A DNA stretch of 64,000 nucleotides from an uncultured Phascolarctobacterium sp. (GTDB taxonomy: Bacteria > Bacillota > Negativicutes > Acidaminococcales > Acidaminococcaceae). Location of the stretch: the NCBI GenBank assembly GCA_905200645.1, contig CAJKLD010000002.1:24917-88916 (forward strand), given 5' to 3'. Below the pieces are notes generated by a model, which was not told the origin of the DNA, did no database searches, and worked only from the letters and a program-made list of their open reading frames with translations. Position numbers and translations under genes: made by a program. This document shows positions 14,062 through 24,781 of the stretch, piece after piece (positions within the stretch are counted from its first letter, which is position 1; every line of letters begins with the position of its first letter).

Positions 14062-15117
14062 TTATTTTATCATAAAAGCAGGTAATTGTTTACCGTTTTT
14101 TAATTGGAACGCACTATTTTCCCAAGTAATTATCTGATAGCCTGCCGCCTTGCGCAAACGGTTCATAATTGCCAGGCCGATGCCGTCTTCTGCAACTCCC
14201 TGCGCCAAAATAACGTCGGGTTTAGTGCGGTCAAAATCGCGCAGCAGATAAAAAAGCTCTGCCGCCAGTTTTTCGCGGCTGCCGCCCCAACAGGACAGCA
14301 AAATATTTTTTTGTTTAGGCAGCTTCGCGCTCATGGCAGCGTCACACAGCACGCCCACCTTCAAGCCATAAGCCACCGCCTGCTCCGCCGCCAGCGGCAG
14401 ACGCTCCGCCGCCTCGCCCTCCAGAAGATATACCGGCTCCTGCGGCGCATAATGGCGGTATTTCATGCCCGGAGCTTTAGGCTTAAAATTTTTGTCGCCC
14501 AATAAAGCCGGGTCTATTTCTACAACGCCTAAAACCTCCGTAAGCATTTCGTAGGTTACGCCGCCCGGCCGACAAATTGTAGGCACGGGACTAGTCGTAT
14601 CTACCACCGTGGACTCCAAGCCTACGCCGCAGCTGCCACCGTCCAAAATGCCGGCGATTTTACCGTCCATATCCTCCAGAACATCCTGTGCGTTAGTAGG
14701 ACTTGGTCTGCCGCTGATATTGGCCGACGGCGCGGCAATCGGGCAGCCGCAGGCGCGGATAAACTGCTGTGCATATTCGTTGACAGGAAAACGCACGCCT
14801 ACAGTTTCCAGTCCGGCGCTGGTTACGTCGGGAATGATTTCTGCCTTCGGCACAATCATGGTCAAGGGGCCGGGCATAAAATGCTCCATAATTTTTTTAG
14901 CGTTGGCGTTCAAGCCCGTGGTCAGCTGCGCAATATCCTCCTTGCGGGCAATATGTACAATGAGAGGATTATCCTGCGGTCTGCCCTTTGCGGCAAAAAT
15001 TTTTGCCACCGCCGTAGGATTTAAAGCGTCGGCGCCCAAACCATAAACGGTTTCCGTGGGAAAGGCCACTACCTCTCCCTGACGGATAAGCTGCGCTGCC
15101 GCTTGGTAAGCCGCCAT
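14062..15117 (-). CDS. tsaC: L-threonylcarbamoyladenylate synthase (Sua5/YwlC type, with C-terminal Sua5 domain)
   Basis: YrdC domain motif VVAFPTETVYGLGADAL plus a C-terminal extension. Start chosen at the internal Met (MAAYQAAAQL) to avoid overlap with prmC. The ORF-track start is 15204. Confidence 0.85.
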   Translation of the reverse strand: MAAYQAAAQLIRQGEVVAFPTETVYGLGADALNPTAVAKIFAAKGRPQDNPLIVHIARKEDIAQLTTGLNANAKKIMEHFMPGPLTMIVPKAEIIPDVTSAGLETVGVRFPVNEYAQQFIRACGCPIAAPSANISGRPSPTNAQDVLEDMDGKIAGILDGGSCGVGLESTVVDTTSPVPTICRPGGVTYEMLTEVLGVVEIDPALLGDKNFKPKAPGMKYRHYAPQEPVYLLEGEAAERLPLAAEQAVAYGLKVGVLCDAAMSAKLPKQKNILLSCWGGSREKLAAELFYLLRDFDRTKPDVILAQGVAEDGIGLAIMNRLRKAAGYQIITWENSAFQLKNGKQLPAFMIK

Positions 15118-15145
15118 ATCTAAATTATTTTTTGCTGCGTCAGTC

Positions 15146-16075
15146 TCACAGCTCTTTTGCAGCCTCCAATAACAGGTTTGCATACTTTTCTTCGTCTCCT
15201 TCACACGCTGCCTTTACGGCAAAAACCATGCGCTCAACGCCTGCATAATCTTTGCGCACGCTGGTTTTGCTAAAGCCGTTGGCTAAGCATAGCTTCGCTA
15301 CCTCGTCCGCTTGGTTGATGCCTACTTCAAAAGCCAGCAAGCCTTCGTCGGCCAAATGCGCAGCAGCCTCCGCCGTAATGCGGCGATAAAAATCAAGACC
15401 GTCATCACCGCCGTCCAGCGCGCCGCGCGGCTCCTGCTGCACATCCTTATCTAACCCGGCAATATCCGCCGCCGGAATATAGGGCGGATTAGATACTATA
15501 ATATCAAATTTTTTCTCTAAGGGCAGCTTGCCGAAAACATCGCTGCGTACAAAGCCAATGCGTCCGCTGACGCCAATTTTATCGGCGTTTTCTTTAGCTA
15601 CTATTAACGCGTCCACGCTGATATCCACGCCAACGCCCTTCGCCCGGGGCAGATAATCCAACAGAGAAACAATAATCGCGCCGCTGCCTGTGCCGATATC
15701 GAGAATTTTTACGTCGCCGTCTGGTCTCAGCACATTTGCCGCCCGCACGATACTTTCTACTAAAAGCTCCGTTTCCGGACGCGGAACAAGGGTAGCCTGC
15801 GTAACCTTAAAGGTGTTGCGCATAAAAGCTTTTTCACCCAAAATATACGCCAACGGCTCAAAATTGCCACGTCGCTGCACATATTCACGATATTTTGCCA
15901 GCTCCTCTTCGCTTAAGGGACGCTCAAAATCCACATACAATGTAATGCGCTGGCACTTTAAGACAGCACAAAGCAGTACCTCCGCATCCAAGCGCGGATT
16001 TTCCACGCCCTTTGACTCGAAGTACTGCTTCGTCCAATTTAAAATTTTCATGATTGTCCAGACAGACTTAGCCAT
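15146..16075 (-). CDS. prmC: peptide chain release factor N5-glutamine methyltransferase PrmC (HemK)
   Basis: NPPY motif (SNPPYIP), SAM-binding DIGTGSGAI, located immediately downstream of prfA. Confidence 0.9.
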   Translation of the reverse strand: MAKSVWTIMKILNWTKQYFESKGVENPRLDAEVLLCAVLKCQRITLYVDFERPLSEEELAKYREYVQRRGNFEPLAYILGEKAFMRNTFKVTQATLVPRPETELLVESIVRAANVLRPDGDVKILDIGTGSGAIIVSLLDYLPRAKGVGVDISVDALIVAKENADKIGVSGRIGFVRSDVFGKLPLEKKFDIIVSNPPYIPAADIAGLDKDVQQEPRGALDGGDDGLDFYRRITAEAAAHLADEGLLAFEVGINQADEVAKLCLANGFSKTSVRKDYAGVERMVFAVKAACEGDEEKYANLLLEAAKEL

Positions 16076-16076
16076 A

Positions 16077-17144
16077 TTATTTCACCTGTCTTAGTTGCTC
16101 GCTTTGCTTGGCGGTAATCAGTGCATCCAAAAGCTCGTCCATATCCCCGTTGACGATAGTTTCCAGCTTATGCAGTGTCAAGCCGATACGGTGGTCGGTA
16201 ACGCGGCCTTGCGGATAATTGTAGGTGCGGATACGCTCGGAACGGTCGCCGGTGCCAACCTGGCTCTTACGGTCCTCGGCGGTAGCTGCGCGCTGCTCTT
16301 CCTGCGCCTTTTCCAAAATGCGGGCACGCAGCACGCGCAAACATTTTTCGCGGTTTTTCAGCTGGGATTTTTCATCCTGGCATTGCGCCACAATGCCTGT
16401 GGGAATATGCGTCATACGCACTGCGGACTCGGTTTTATTTACATACTGGCCGCCTGCGCCGCCGGCACGATAGGTGTCGATACGCAAATCGGCAGGATTT
16501 ATTTCCACATCCACTTCCTCTGCTTCGGGCAGCACAGCTACCGTAACGGTGGAAGTGTGCACGCGGCCTTGGGATTCCGTTTCGGGCACGCGCTGCACGC
16601 GGTGCACGCCGCTTTCAAATTTCATGCGGCTGTAAACGGCGTCGCCGTTAATTTGGAAAACCACTTCCTTAAAGCCGCCCAGCTCCGTAGGACTGGAATC
16701 CATAACCTCCACCCTCCAGCCGCGAGCTTCTGCATAGCGCAGATACATGCGGAACAAAACTCCGGCAAACAGCGCCGCTTCCTCGCCGCCTGCGCCGCCG
16801 CGAATTTCGACAATAACATTTTTATCGTCATTGGGGTCTGAGGGCAGCAGCAAAATAGTTAAGCGCTGCTCGTATTCTTCAATTTGCGGCTTAATTTCTT
16901 TAAGCTCCTCCCGCGCCATTTCCGTCAGCTCATCATCCTCGTTAGCGTGCAGAATTTCTTCTGCCTCGTCGCGAACGCTGCACAAATCGCGGTATTCGCG
17001 ATACGCGGTAACGATTGGCTCCAACTTAGCATGCGCTTTGGTAGCCTTCAGCCAATTAGCTTGGTCAGCAATTACATCAGGGTCGCTGATTTTTGCTTCT
17101 AAATCTAAATATCTGTCCTCTATAGCCTGCAATTTGTCGAGCAT
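16077..17144 (-). CDS. prfA: peptide chain release factor 1
   Basis: 355 aa. GGQ motif in [18 protein letters not shown] and a class-I RF fold. Confidence 0.97.
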   Translation of the reverse strand: MLDKLQAIEDRYLDLEAKISDPDVIADQANWLKATKAHAKLEPIVTAYREYRDLCSVRDEAEEILHANEDDELTEMAREELKEIKPQIEEYEQRLTILLLPSDPNDDKNVIVEIRGGAGGEEAALFAGVLFRMYLRYAEARGWRVEVMDSSPTELGGFKEVVFQINGDAVYSRMKFESGVHRVQRVPETESQGRVHTSTVTVAVLPEAEEVDVEINPADLRIDTYRAGGAGGQYVNKTESAVRMTHIPTGIVAQCQDEKSQLKNREKCLRVLRARILEKAQEEQRAATAEDRKSQVGTGDRSERIRTYNYPQGRVTDHRIGLTLHKLETIVNGDMDELLDALITAKQSEQLRQVK

Positions 17145-17195
17145 AAAAATCTCCTTTAAGCGTCAATTTATAAATCTAAAATATTTTTGCCGAAA

Positions 17196-18098
17196 TTATT
17201 CCTCAATAATTTCTTCCGGCGGCAGCACAGCTTTCAAAGAAGCAATGGCCACCTCAATTTGGCTGTCGTCCGGCTGACGGGTGGTAAGCTTCTGCAAAAG
17301 CAGTCCCGGCATAATTGCTATATGCACCAGACGGTTGTCCGCATGTGCGCCGGCAAAACGAATCAGCTCGTAGCTGACACCTGCGATAACGGGCATTAAA
17401 ATAATGCGGGAGGCAATGCGCTCCAACAGATTTGGCCAGCCCAAAAAGGTAAAAATAAACATGCTGATAAGCATAACAATCATTAAAAAGTTAGTACCGC
17501 AGCGAGGATGCAGGGTACTGAACGGACGCACATTTTCTACCTTCAGCGGCAGCCCGGCCTCATAGGTATAAATAGTTTTGTGCTCTGCGCCATGATATTG
17601 GAAGACACGCTGAATATCTTCCATAGAAGAAATAGCGGCAATATAACTCAAAAAAATTATCATACGCAGTACGCCCTCTGCCAAATTCAGCAGCATTGGG
17701 TCGTCTGTCAGCGAATGCAGCAGATGCATGGACCAAGTAGGCACGACGATAAACAGGCCTATGGCCAAAGCTACCGAGGTCAAAATAGTCAGCACCATTT
17801 CTTTATCAGAAAGCTGTTCGTCTTCATCGCCGCTGATTTGAGCGGAATAAGCCAAGGCTTTCATGCCGTCATGTAAGGATTCAAATAAAGCAATAACGCC
17901 GCGCAGCAGCGGTTTTTTCAAAATTGGATATTTATCGCGGATGCTGTTGACAGGATTTACGTCCACCGAAATTTCTCCGTCGGGCTTGCGCACAGCTACG
18001 GCAACCTTATCCGTACCGCGCATCATAACGCCTTCAATAACAGCCTGTCCGCCTACGTTAGGTTTTTTACAGGTCATAACTAGTCTCCTAAATTCCAT
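17196..18098 (-). CDS. DUF1385-family membrane protein
   Basis: Conserved N-terminus PNVGGQAVIEGVMMRG. The family typically lies between rpmE and prfA in Firmicutes. The true start is possibly at Met8. Confidence 0.7.
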   Translation of the reverse strand: MEFRRLVMTCKKPNVGGQAVIEGVMMRGTDKVAVAVRKPDGEISVDVNPVNSIRDKYPILKKPLLRGVIALFESLHDGMKALAYSAQISGDEDEQLSDKEMVLTILTSVALAIGLFIVVPTWSMHLLHSLTDDPMLLNLAEGVLRMIIFLSYIAAISSMEDIQRVFQYHGAEHKTIYTYEAGLPLKVENVRPFSTLHPRCGTNFLMIVMLISMFIFTFLGWPNLLERIASRIILMPVIAGVSYELIRFAGAHADNRLVHIAIMPGLLLQKLTTRQPDDSQIEVAIASLKAVLPPEEIIEE

Positions 18099-18210
18099 AA
18101 TTCTAAAAATTGCAGTTTAGGAATTGTACAATCTAATACACAGCAAACAGCATGTTTTAAAACATACTGTGGCATTTTCCGGCACGCCAAAAATTTTACA
18201 CAAACTTTTT

Positions 18211-18253
18211 CTGAAAAATAAATACAGCAGAGCGACATAAAGCTGCTCTGCTG
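18211..18253 (-). terminator. intrinsic terminator downstream of rpmE
   Basis: Hairpin CAGCAGAGC-gacataaa-GCTCTGCTG with a T-run on the minus strand. Confidence 0.55.
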
Positions 18254-18265
18254 TAGATATAGAGA

Positions 18266-18469
18266 TTATTGTTCTTTGTTGTAGCGCTTGTTGAATTTTT
18301 CAATGCGGCCGCGAGCAGCAACGTTACGTTGTTGACCAGTGAAGAATGGATGGCATTTAGAGCAAACATCCACGCGAATCTCTTTTTTAGTGCTACCAGT
18401 TACAAAAGTCGCACCACATGCGCAGGTAGCGGTAACTTCACCGTATTTCGGATGAATCTTTTCTTTCAT
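18266..18469 (-). CDS. rpmE: 50S ribosomal protein L31
   Basis: 67 aa. Zn-ribbon cysteines CxCG...CSKCHPF and the typical MKEKIHPKY start. Confidence 0.95.
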   Translation of the reverse strand: MKEKIHPKYGEVTATCACGATFVTGSTKKEIRVDVCSKCHPFFTGQQRNVAARGRIEKFNKRYNKEQ

Positions 18470-18562
18470 TCTTTACACCTCACTTTACTTTAGAACAGAT
18501 TAGTTTCATCATTAAGATATTAACACTAGATGATTGTATCATATAGTTTAATGCAAAGCAAG

Positions 18563-19879
18563 TTATTTTTTTGCAAATTTCTTAATACCCTGCATATAGT
18601 TGATAAATTGCCGCGCCGTGCGTCCGGAAATGCCGCCGTGATGCAGTTCGAATCTTTTAGCTTCCAAATGCAGCTCTTCCTCGGGAATTTCCAAGCCTTC
18701 CCGCCGCGCCAGCTCGCTGACAATAGCAAAATATTCCTTTTGGTCTGGCTGTCCGTAATAAATGGTACAGCCAAAGCGATTGACCAACGAAAGCTTTTCC
18801 TGCATGGTATCTGATTTATAAATACCTTCTTCATTAGTTACGTCGTTTCTGTCTTTCCAGGTTTCATTGATTAAATGGCGGCGGTTGCTGGTGGCGTAAA
18901 TTAAAATATTATCCGGGCGCACCTCTAAGCCGCCTTCGATAACGGCTTTCAGATATTTGTATTCCGTTTCAAATTCCTCAAAGGATAAATCATCCATATA
19001 AATTACAAAACGGTAGTTACGGCTTTTAATTTGGGCAATAATCTCTGACAAAGCCTGAAACTGGTGCTTATAAATTTCAATGAGCCGCAAGCCTTGGTCA
19101 TAATATTCGTTAATCAGCGCTTTAATGCTGCTGGATTTACCCGTGCCGCTATCGCCGAAAAGCAGCACGTTATTGGCAGGCCGTCCGGCTACAAAGGCTT
19201 CGGTATTTTCCCGCAGAGCCTGCTTCTGCCGCTCATAGCCGACTAAATCAGCAAAAGTTATAGCTTCGGTATTAGCAATGGGGACTAGTTCTGCCGTGAT
19301 TCCCTCCTGCGCCAGGCGAAAGGCTTTGTTCAAGCCTAATTTGCCCACGCCGTAGGCCTTATAAAAAGCGGTCACTAATTCATAAAAAGCTGCCGCAGTT
19401 TGCGCGTTGGCTAAAGCTTCGCTTAAACGCTGCACCTTTTCGCTGATATTTTTATTGTAGCGCGTTTCCTTTTTGCTCACCGCCTGATAATTGGTTATTA
19501 CGCTAAAGCAGTTGATGCCCAGTTCCCTTTCCAAGGACGCAAAATCATAAGCAAAAAGCTGTTGGAAAACAGCAAAATCGTTTAACACCAAAATATTGAC
19601 GCTGCCCTCGCAGGCACCCTCTTTTTCGCAGGTAATGGCAAAGGGCGTTTCCACGCTGACTAAAAGATAGGTCAAATAATTGTGCCACAAATTTTTATTG
19701 AAGCCGTACACCGTAGCAATATCCAGTAAACGGTGAATTTGGTCGTATATTTTGCTGATGACTGCCTCTTTATTATAGCTGCCGCTCTCCACTTGAGCGC
19801 AAACGTCGGCCAAGGGCTGCAGCAGATTATCCTCCGGCAGATTGCGATAAACAATTAGTTTTGACACAAGCTTGTGCAT
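18563..19879 (-). CDS. DUF815-family AAA-type ATPase
   Basis: 438 aa. Walker A in LLFGDSGTGKSSSIKAL and an architecture typical of pfam05673-like ATPases. Confidence 0.6.
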   Translation of the reverse strand: MHKLVSKLIVYRNLPEDNLLQPLADVCAQVESGSYNKEAVISKIYDQIHRLLDIATVYGFNKNLWHNYLTYLLVSVETPFAITCEKEGACEGSVNILVLNDFAVFQQLFAYDFASLERELGINCFSVITNYQAVSKKETRYNKNISEKVQRLSEALANAQTAAAFYELVTAFYKAYGVGKLGLNKAFRLAQEGITAELVPIANTEAITFADLVGYERQKQALRENTEAFVAGRPANNVLLFGDSGTGKSSSIKALINEYYDQGLRLIEIYKHQFQALSEIIAQIKSRNYRFVIYMDDLSFEEFETEYKYLKAVIEGGLEVRPDNILIYATSNRRHLINETWKDRNDVTNEEGIYKSDTMQEKLSLVNRFGCTIYYGQPDQKEYFAIVSELARREGLEIPEEELHLEAKRFELHHGGISGRTARQFINYMQGIKKFAKK

Positions 19880-19917
19880 AATTCCCCTCCATTTATTGCA
19901 CTTATTTAGCTAAAATT

Positions 19918-21636
19918 TTATTTTATAAACTGAAAATGCTCCGCGTCAAACATGCCCATATCCGTAATGCGCAGGCGCGGAATCACCGGCAGCGCCATAA
20001 AGCTTAGAGAAACAAAAGGGTCAACGCCGTCAGGCACGCCCTGTCGATGCGCCAGTCTTTGAATTTTCTCCAAGTCGTCGATAAGCTTTGCAGGCGTATC
20101 GCTGCTCATTAAACCGCAGATATTCAGCGGCACCGTACCGACAACACTGCCGTTTTCTACCAAGGTATAGCCGCCCTGCACGCGCACCAGCTCGCGGGCG
20201 GCAATCTCCATATCCGCAGGATTAGTACCGATAACAATTAAATTATGTGAATCATGCGCTACGGTAGTAGCCGCTGCACCGTTTTGCAGACCGTAGCCGC
20301 TCAACAGTCCCAAGCCTAAATTGCCCGTGCCTTGATGACGCTCCAGCACCGCAATCAAATGCAGTTCGCCTTTAGCTAATGCAGCCTTGATTTCGCTGCC
20401 CTGAATACTGCCGCGCTCCGTAAAAATTTCGCCCGGCAGCATTTTTATCACGGGATATTCCTTAGCCGCAGCAAAATTTTCCGGTGCAAAATCGGCGGCA
20501 GAAAAAGGCGCAGGACGCACGCTGCCACGCAGCTGCGCCGCAGGTATCAGCGGCGTAATATTTTCACAGGCCGTCCAAGCGTCCACGCCCTTATGGAAAA
20601 CATGCAACGGCACAAAATTTTCTAAATCCTGCAACACAACCAAATCTGCCTGCCAGCCGGGAGCGACAGCGCCCAAACGACGCAGGCCGTAAATCTGCGC
20701 GGCGTTGATGCTGGCCATAGCCAAAGCCTTAAGCGGCGACAGTCCCAACCGTACCGCCTTACAGATACAGTGGCGAACAGTTCCCTCGCGGCGCATATCT
20801 GCCAAATGCTTATCGTCAGTACAAAACGCCATATTGCGGGTGGAAATATTTTCGCGCACCGCGCCCTCGATAATAGCTGTTAAATTTTTCGACGCGCTGC
20901 CTTCGCGCACCAAAACCGCCATACCGGCGCGCAGCTTTTCTTTGGCTTCCGTCCAGCTGATGGATTCATGATCGGTAGCAATGCCGCTGGCGGCGTAGGC
21001 CTGCAGCTCCCGCCCCGAAAGCATGGGCGCATGGCCGTCGATAATGCGGCCGTCGTCTAAAAATAATTGTAATTTTGCCAGCACGCCTGGAGCGTTGTTA
21101 AGCACTCCCGGTACGTTCATCATTTCGCCCAAGCCCAAAACCTGCGGCTCCGTCATCAACTCCGTCAGCGCCGCCGCGTCCATTACGCAGCCTGCGTGCT
21201 CAAAGGGCGTAGCCGGTACGCAGCTGGGCAGCTCCACATAATAATTTATCGGCATGTGCCCGCCTGCGCGCAGCATATAGCGAATGCCTTCCGCGCCCGC
21301 CACGTTGGCAATTTCGTGAGGGTCGGTAATCAGTGTAGTGACGCCCCAGCGCAATTCTTCCGCCACATAACTTTCGGGAGCGGCCATACTGCTTTCTACA
21401 TGGCAGTGCGCGTTGATAAAGCCGGGAGCAATATACGCGCCGTCCACGTCAATTATTTTTTTCGCTGCAAAATCAGATGCAGAATTTTTTGGCAGCACAG
21501 CGGCGATAACACCGTCCGCAACGGCAATATCAGCTTCATAAACAGTTTCGGTCAACACGTCAACGACCCTGCCGTTTCTTAGCAGAAGGTCAGCAGGGTC
21601 ATTGCCTAATGCGACCGCCCGTACACGGTCGTTCAT
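19918..21636 (-). CDS. ade: adenine deaminase
   Basis: 572 aa. Amidohydrolase metal motif INAHCHVESS. Length and N-terminal region match adenine deaminase. The adjacent gene is a purine permease. Confidence 0.85.
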   Translation of the reverse strand: MNDRVRAVALGNDPADLLLRNGRVVDVLTETVYEADIAVADGVIAAVLPKNSASDFAAKKIIDVDGAYIAPGFINAHCHVESSMAAPESYVAEELRWGVTTLITDPHEIANVAGAEGIRYMLRAGGHMPINYYVELPSCVPATPFEHAGCVMDAAALTELMTEPQVLGLGEMMNVPGVLNNAPGVLAKLQLFLDDGRIIDGHAPMLSGRELQAYAASGIATDHESISWTEAKEKLRAGMAVLVREGSASKNLTAIIEGAVRENISTRNMAFCTDDKHLADMRREGTVRHCICKAVRLGLSPLKALAMASINAAQIYGLRRLGAVAPGWQADLVVLQDLENFVPLHVFHKGVDAWTACENITPLIPAAQLRGSVRPAPFSAADFAPENFAAAKEYPVIKMLPGEIFTERGSIQGSEIKAALAKGELHLIAVLERHQGTGNLGLGLLSGYGLQNGAAATTVAHDSHNLIVIGTNPADMEIAARELVRVQGGYTLVENGSVVGTVPLNICGLMSSDTPAKLIDDLEKIQRLAHRQGVPDGVDPFVSLSFMALPVIPRLRITDMGMFDAEHFQFIK

Positions 21637-21652
21637 AATTGTACCTCTTTCG

Positions 21653-23047
21653 TTACATATAAATGTATTTCAGAATAAAGATAACTGCCAGCACACAAAC
21701 CAAAAGATTTACTTTTTTCTCCTTCAATTTGCCGGTCAGCATATTTAAAGCTACATAAGAGATAACGCCCATGGCGATACCTTCGGAAATAGAATACATA
21801 AACGGCATAGCAATGGTAGCAATAAACGCTGGAACAGCCTCGCTATAATCGTTCCAGTCAATTTTTACAATGCCGCTAAGCATCATAAAGCCAACAACAA
21901 CTAAAGCCGGAGCAGTTGCAAACGCTGGAATCGCTAAAAAGATAGGCGCAAAGAACAGGCTCAACAAAAAGAGCACTGCCACCGTCAACGCCGTCAATCC
22001 GGTACGTCCGCCCGCAGCAACACCGGCGCTGCTTTCCACAAAGGTTGTAACCGTAGAAGTACCAAGGCAGGCGCCCACAGCAGTGGCAGTGGAATCTGCC
22101 AGCAGCGCGCCTTCAATTTTGGGCAGCTTACCGTTTTCGTCCAGCATTTCCGCTTTGGAAGCTACGCCAATCAAGGTTCCCAGCGTATCGAAAAGGTCAA
22201 CAAACATAAAGGATACTACTATTGTAATAAAATTAAAGGAAGCAATGGCTCCGAAATCCATCTGCATTAACGTAGGCGCTAAGCTGGGAATGGAAATACC
22301 GTTGGCAAAATTAGGCATTACCGAAAAAGCTCCTAATTTAGGATTGGGAATGTAAAGGCCGGTAAGCTCGCAAATCATACCTAAAACCCAAGTAGTCAGA
22401 ATACCCAACAAAATACCGCCGGGAACTTTTTTCGCCAGCAGCGCAGCCGTAAGCAAAATGCCAATCAATGCCAACAGCGCGCCGATACCCGTAGAAGCAA
22501 AGCTGCCGTCGGCTAAAGCCGCTCTAAAATTATATAAGCCAACCAAGCACGGCCCGTCTACAACAACCTTCGCGTTTTGCAGACCGATAAAAGCAATAAA
22601 CAGACCGATACCTCCGGTCACGCCTAATTTTAAAGACAAGGGAATACAGTCAAACAGCGCCTCGCGCACTTTAGTTAAGGATAATAAAATAAAAATTAAG
22701 CCTTCTACAAAAACCGCAGCCAGCGCAACCTTCCAGGAATAACCCATTGCGCCGCAGACAGTATAAGCAAAGAAAGCATTTAAGCCCATGCCCGGAGCCA
22801 AAGCGAAAGGATAATTGGAAAGCAAAGCCATTAAAATGGTACCAATCGCCGCGCCTAAAGCAGTCGCCGTAAATACCGCGCCTGCGTCCATGCCGGAAGC
22901 GCTTAAAATGCCCGGATTAACTGCCAAAATATAGGCCATGGTCATAAAGGTAGTTAGACCGGCTATCACTTCTTTTTTAACACTGGTATGATTTTCTTCC
23001 AACTTAAAGAACGCTTTTAAACACTCCATGACAATCCTCCTTAACAA
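21653..23047 (-). CDS. NCS2-family purine permease (AzgA/PbuG-like, probable adenine/hypoxanthine-guanine transporter)
   Basis: 464 aa polytopic membrane protein. The N-terminal region KLEENHTSVKKEVIAGLTTFMTMAYILAVNP is characteristic of AzgA/PbuG/PbuO. Confidence 0.85.
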   Translation of the reverse strand: MLRRIVMECLKAFFKLEENHTSVKKEVIAGLTTFMTMAYILAVNPGILSASGMDAGAVFTATALGAAIGTILMALLSNYPFALAPGMGLNAFFAYTVCGAMGYSWKVALAAVFVEGLIFILLSLTKVREALFDCIPLSLKLGVTGGIGLFIAFIGLQNAKVVVDGPCLVGLYNFRAALADGSFASTGIGALLALIGILLTAALLAKKVPGGILLGILTTWVLGMICELTGLYIPNPKLGAFSVMPNFANGISIPSLAPTLMQMDFGAIASFNFITIVVSFMFVDLFDTLGTLIGVASKAEMLDENGKLPKIEGALLADSTATAVGACLGTSTVTTFVESSAGVAAGGRTGLTALTVAVLFLLSLFFAPIFLAIPAFATAPALVVVGFMMLSGIVKIDWNDYSEAVPAFIATIAMPFMYSISEGIAMGVISYVALNMLTGKLKEKKVNLLVCVLAVIFILKYIYM

Positions 23048-23070
23048 GTTACGCTAAAAAATATTTTTAT

Positions 23071-23937
23071 TTAATAGGTCAGAATTTCCGGCCCATTTTC
23101 CGTAATTAAAATGGTGTGCTCCCATTGAGCGGAAAGACTGCCGTCCTCGGTGTAAACGGTCCAATCATTAGCCGCATCAACATACACATTTTTGCGCCCC
23201 ATATTGATCATGGGCTCGATAGTGAAAATCATGCCGGGAACTAAAACCATACCGGTTTTGCGCTTGCCTACGTGGCAGACAAACGGCTCCTCGTGAAAAT
23301 CCACACCGACGCCATGACCGCCAAATTCGGTTACTACGCTGTAACCGTGCTTGCGTGCCAACTGCGCAACAGCCGCGCCCACGTCGCCCAAATAAGCCCA
23401 AGGCTGCGCAGCTTCAATCCCCCGCAGCAGGCATTGCTTGGTAATAGCCACTAAATCAGAGGCAGGCTTGCGCACCTTACCCAGCATAAACATCCGGGAA
23501 GCGTCGGCATAATAGCCCTTATAAATAGTGGAAACGTCAACATTAACAATGTCGCCGCTTTTTAAAACGTCATGCTCACTGGGAATACCGTGGCACACCT
23601 GATCGTTCACCGAAGTACACACAGATTTAGGAAAGCCGCAGAAGCCCAAAGGCGCGGGTGTAGCACCATGAGCAATGGTAAAATCATAAACAATGGTATT
23701 GATTTCCTCCGTAGTCATACCTACTTTAATATGCTTTGCCACTTCATCCAAAACGGCCGTATTTATTTTACAGGCCTCGCGAATACCGGCAATCTGCTCC
23801 GGAGTTTTAATCATCTCGCGGTCAGGAACCTCTTTTCCTTGCGCGCGCAGCAGCTCAATTTTTGCGTCAATCATTTGGTGGCAGTCGGCATAAGGCTTGC
23901 CGCTGCCGCACCAACATAATTCTTGTTTTTCTTCCAT
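23071..23937 (-). CDS. map: type I methionine aminopeptidase with N-terminal SEC-C zinc motif
   Basis: CWCGSGKPYADCH SEC-C motif followed by a MetAP-I core (metal ligands D, D, H, E, E in conserved context). Confidence 0.9.
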   Translation of the reverse strand: MEEKQELCWCGSGKPYADCHQMIDAKIELLRAQGKEVPDREMIKTPEQIAGIREACKINTAVLDEVAKHIKVGMTTEEINTIVYDFTIAHGATPAPLGFCGFPKSVCTSVNDQVCHGIPSEHDVLKSGDIVNVDVSTIYKGYYADASRMFMLGKVRKPASDLVAITKQCLLRGIEAAQPWAYLGDVGAAVAQLARKHGYSVVTEFGGHGVGVDFHEEPFVCHVGKRKTGMVLVPGMIFTIEPMINMGRKNVYVDAANDWTVYTEDGSLSAQWEHTILITENGPEILTY

Positions 23938-24106
23938 AAGTAATCTATGCTCCTTATCTAAAATTTTTTACCTTTATATCTTATATGTCTTCTATTTTAC
24001 CACATTTAAGCTCTTTTTCACATTTTCACCGGAAAATATTATTACCAAGCTTGGCTTTTTATGTTAAAATATTTGCATACGACTAAAAAGAAGAAAGGAA
24101 AATTAC

Positions 24107-24757
24107 ATGGAACAATACGCATTATATTTTCTCGACATCATTCTGCATTTAGACAAGCATCTGCCGGAAATTATGGCGGCCTACGGTCATTTTATTTACG
24201 CTATTTTATTTTTGGTAGTTTTTTGCGAAACAGGCTTAGTAGTTACGCCGTTTCTGCCTGGCGATTCTCTGCTCTTTGCCTGCGGCGCTTTGGCTGCCAC
24301 CGCGCCCGAGGGCATGGATATTAAACTCATCACGCTGATTTTTCTCGTATCGTCCATTCTCGGCGACGCCTGCAATTATATGATAGGCGAAAAGCTGGGG
24401 CTGGCCATGATTAACTCCAAGCACAGCCTGATAAAAAAAGAGCATGTAGATAAAGCCAGCGCTTTTTATGCCAAGCACGGCCACAAGGCTATTTTTCTCG
24501 CCAGATTCGTGCCCATCGTCCGCACCTTCGCTCCCTTTGTGGCAGGCATTGGTAAAATGCACTACCTAACCTTCGCTCATTACAATGTTATCGGCGCAGT
24601 AGTTTGGGTAACGTTGTTCGTAGGCGGCGGCTATTTCTTCGGCAATATTCCTGTGATTAAACAAAACTTTACCTTAGTAACCTTAGGTATCGTTATTTTC
24701 TCTGTGCTGCCAATACTTTGGGAAGTGGTAGGCAAAAAATTATTCCACAAAGCCTAA
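24107..24757 (+). CDS. DedA-family membrane protein
   Basis: DedA/SNARE-associated signature in VVFCETGLVVTPFLPGDSLLFACGALAA. Confidence 0.85.
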   Translation: MEQYALYFLDIILHLDKHLPEIMAAYGHFIYAILFLVVFCETGLVVTPFLPGDSLLFACGALAATAPEGMDIKLITLIFLVSSILGDACNYMIGEKLGLAMINSKHSLIKKEHVDKASAFYAKHGHKAIFLARFVPIVRTFAPFVAGIGKMHYLTFAHYNVIGAVVWVTLFVGGGYFFGNIPVIKQNFTLVTLGIVIFSVLPILWEVVGKKLFHKA

Positions 24758-24781
24758 ATTTTTTGAGAGGGGATTTTTATT

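Noticed and set aside
16095-17277. Plus-strand ORFs of 248 aa and 176 aa
   Set aside because: They are antisense to prfA and the start of the DUF1385 gene, with no RBS and a Ser/Ala-rich shadow-frame composition.
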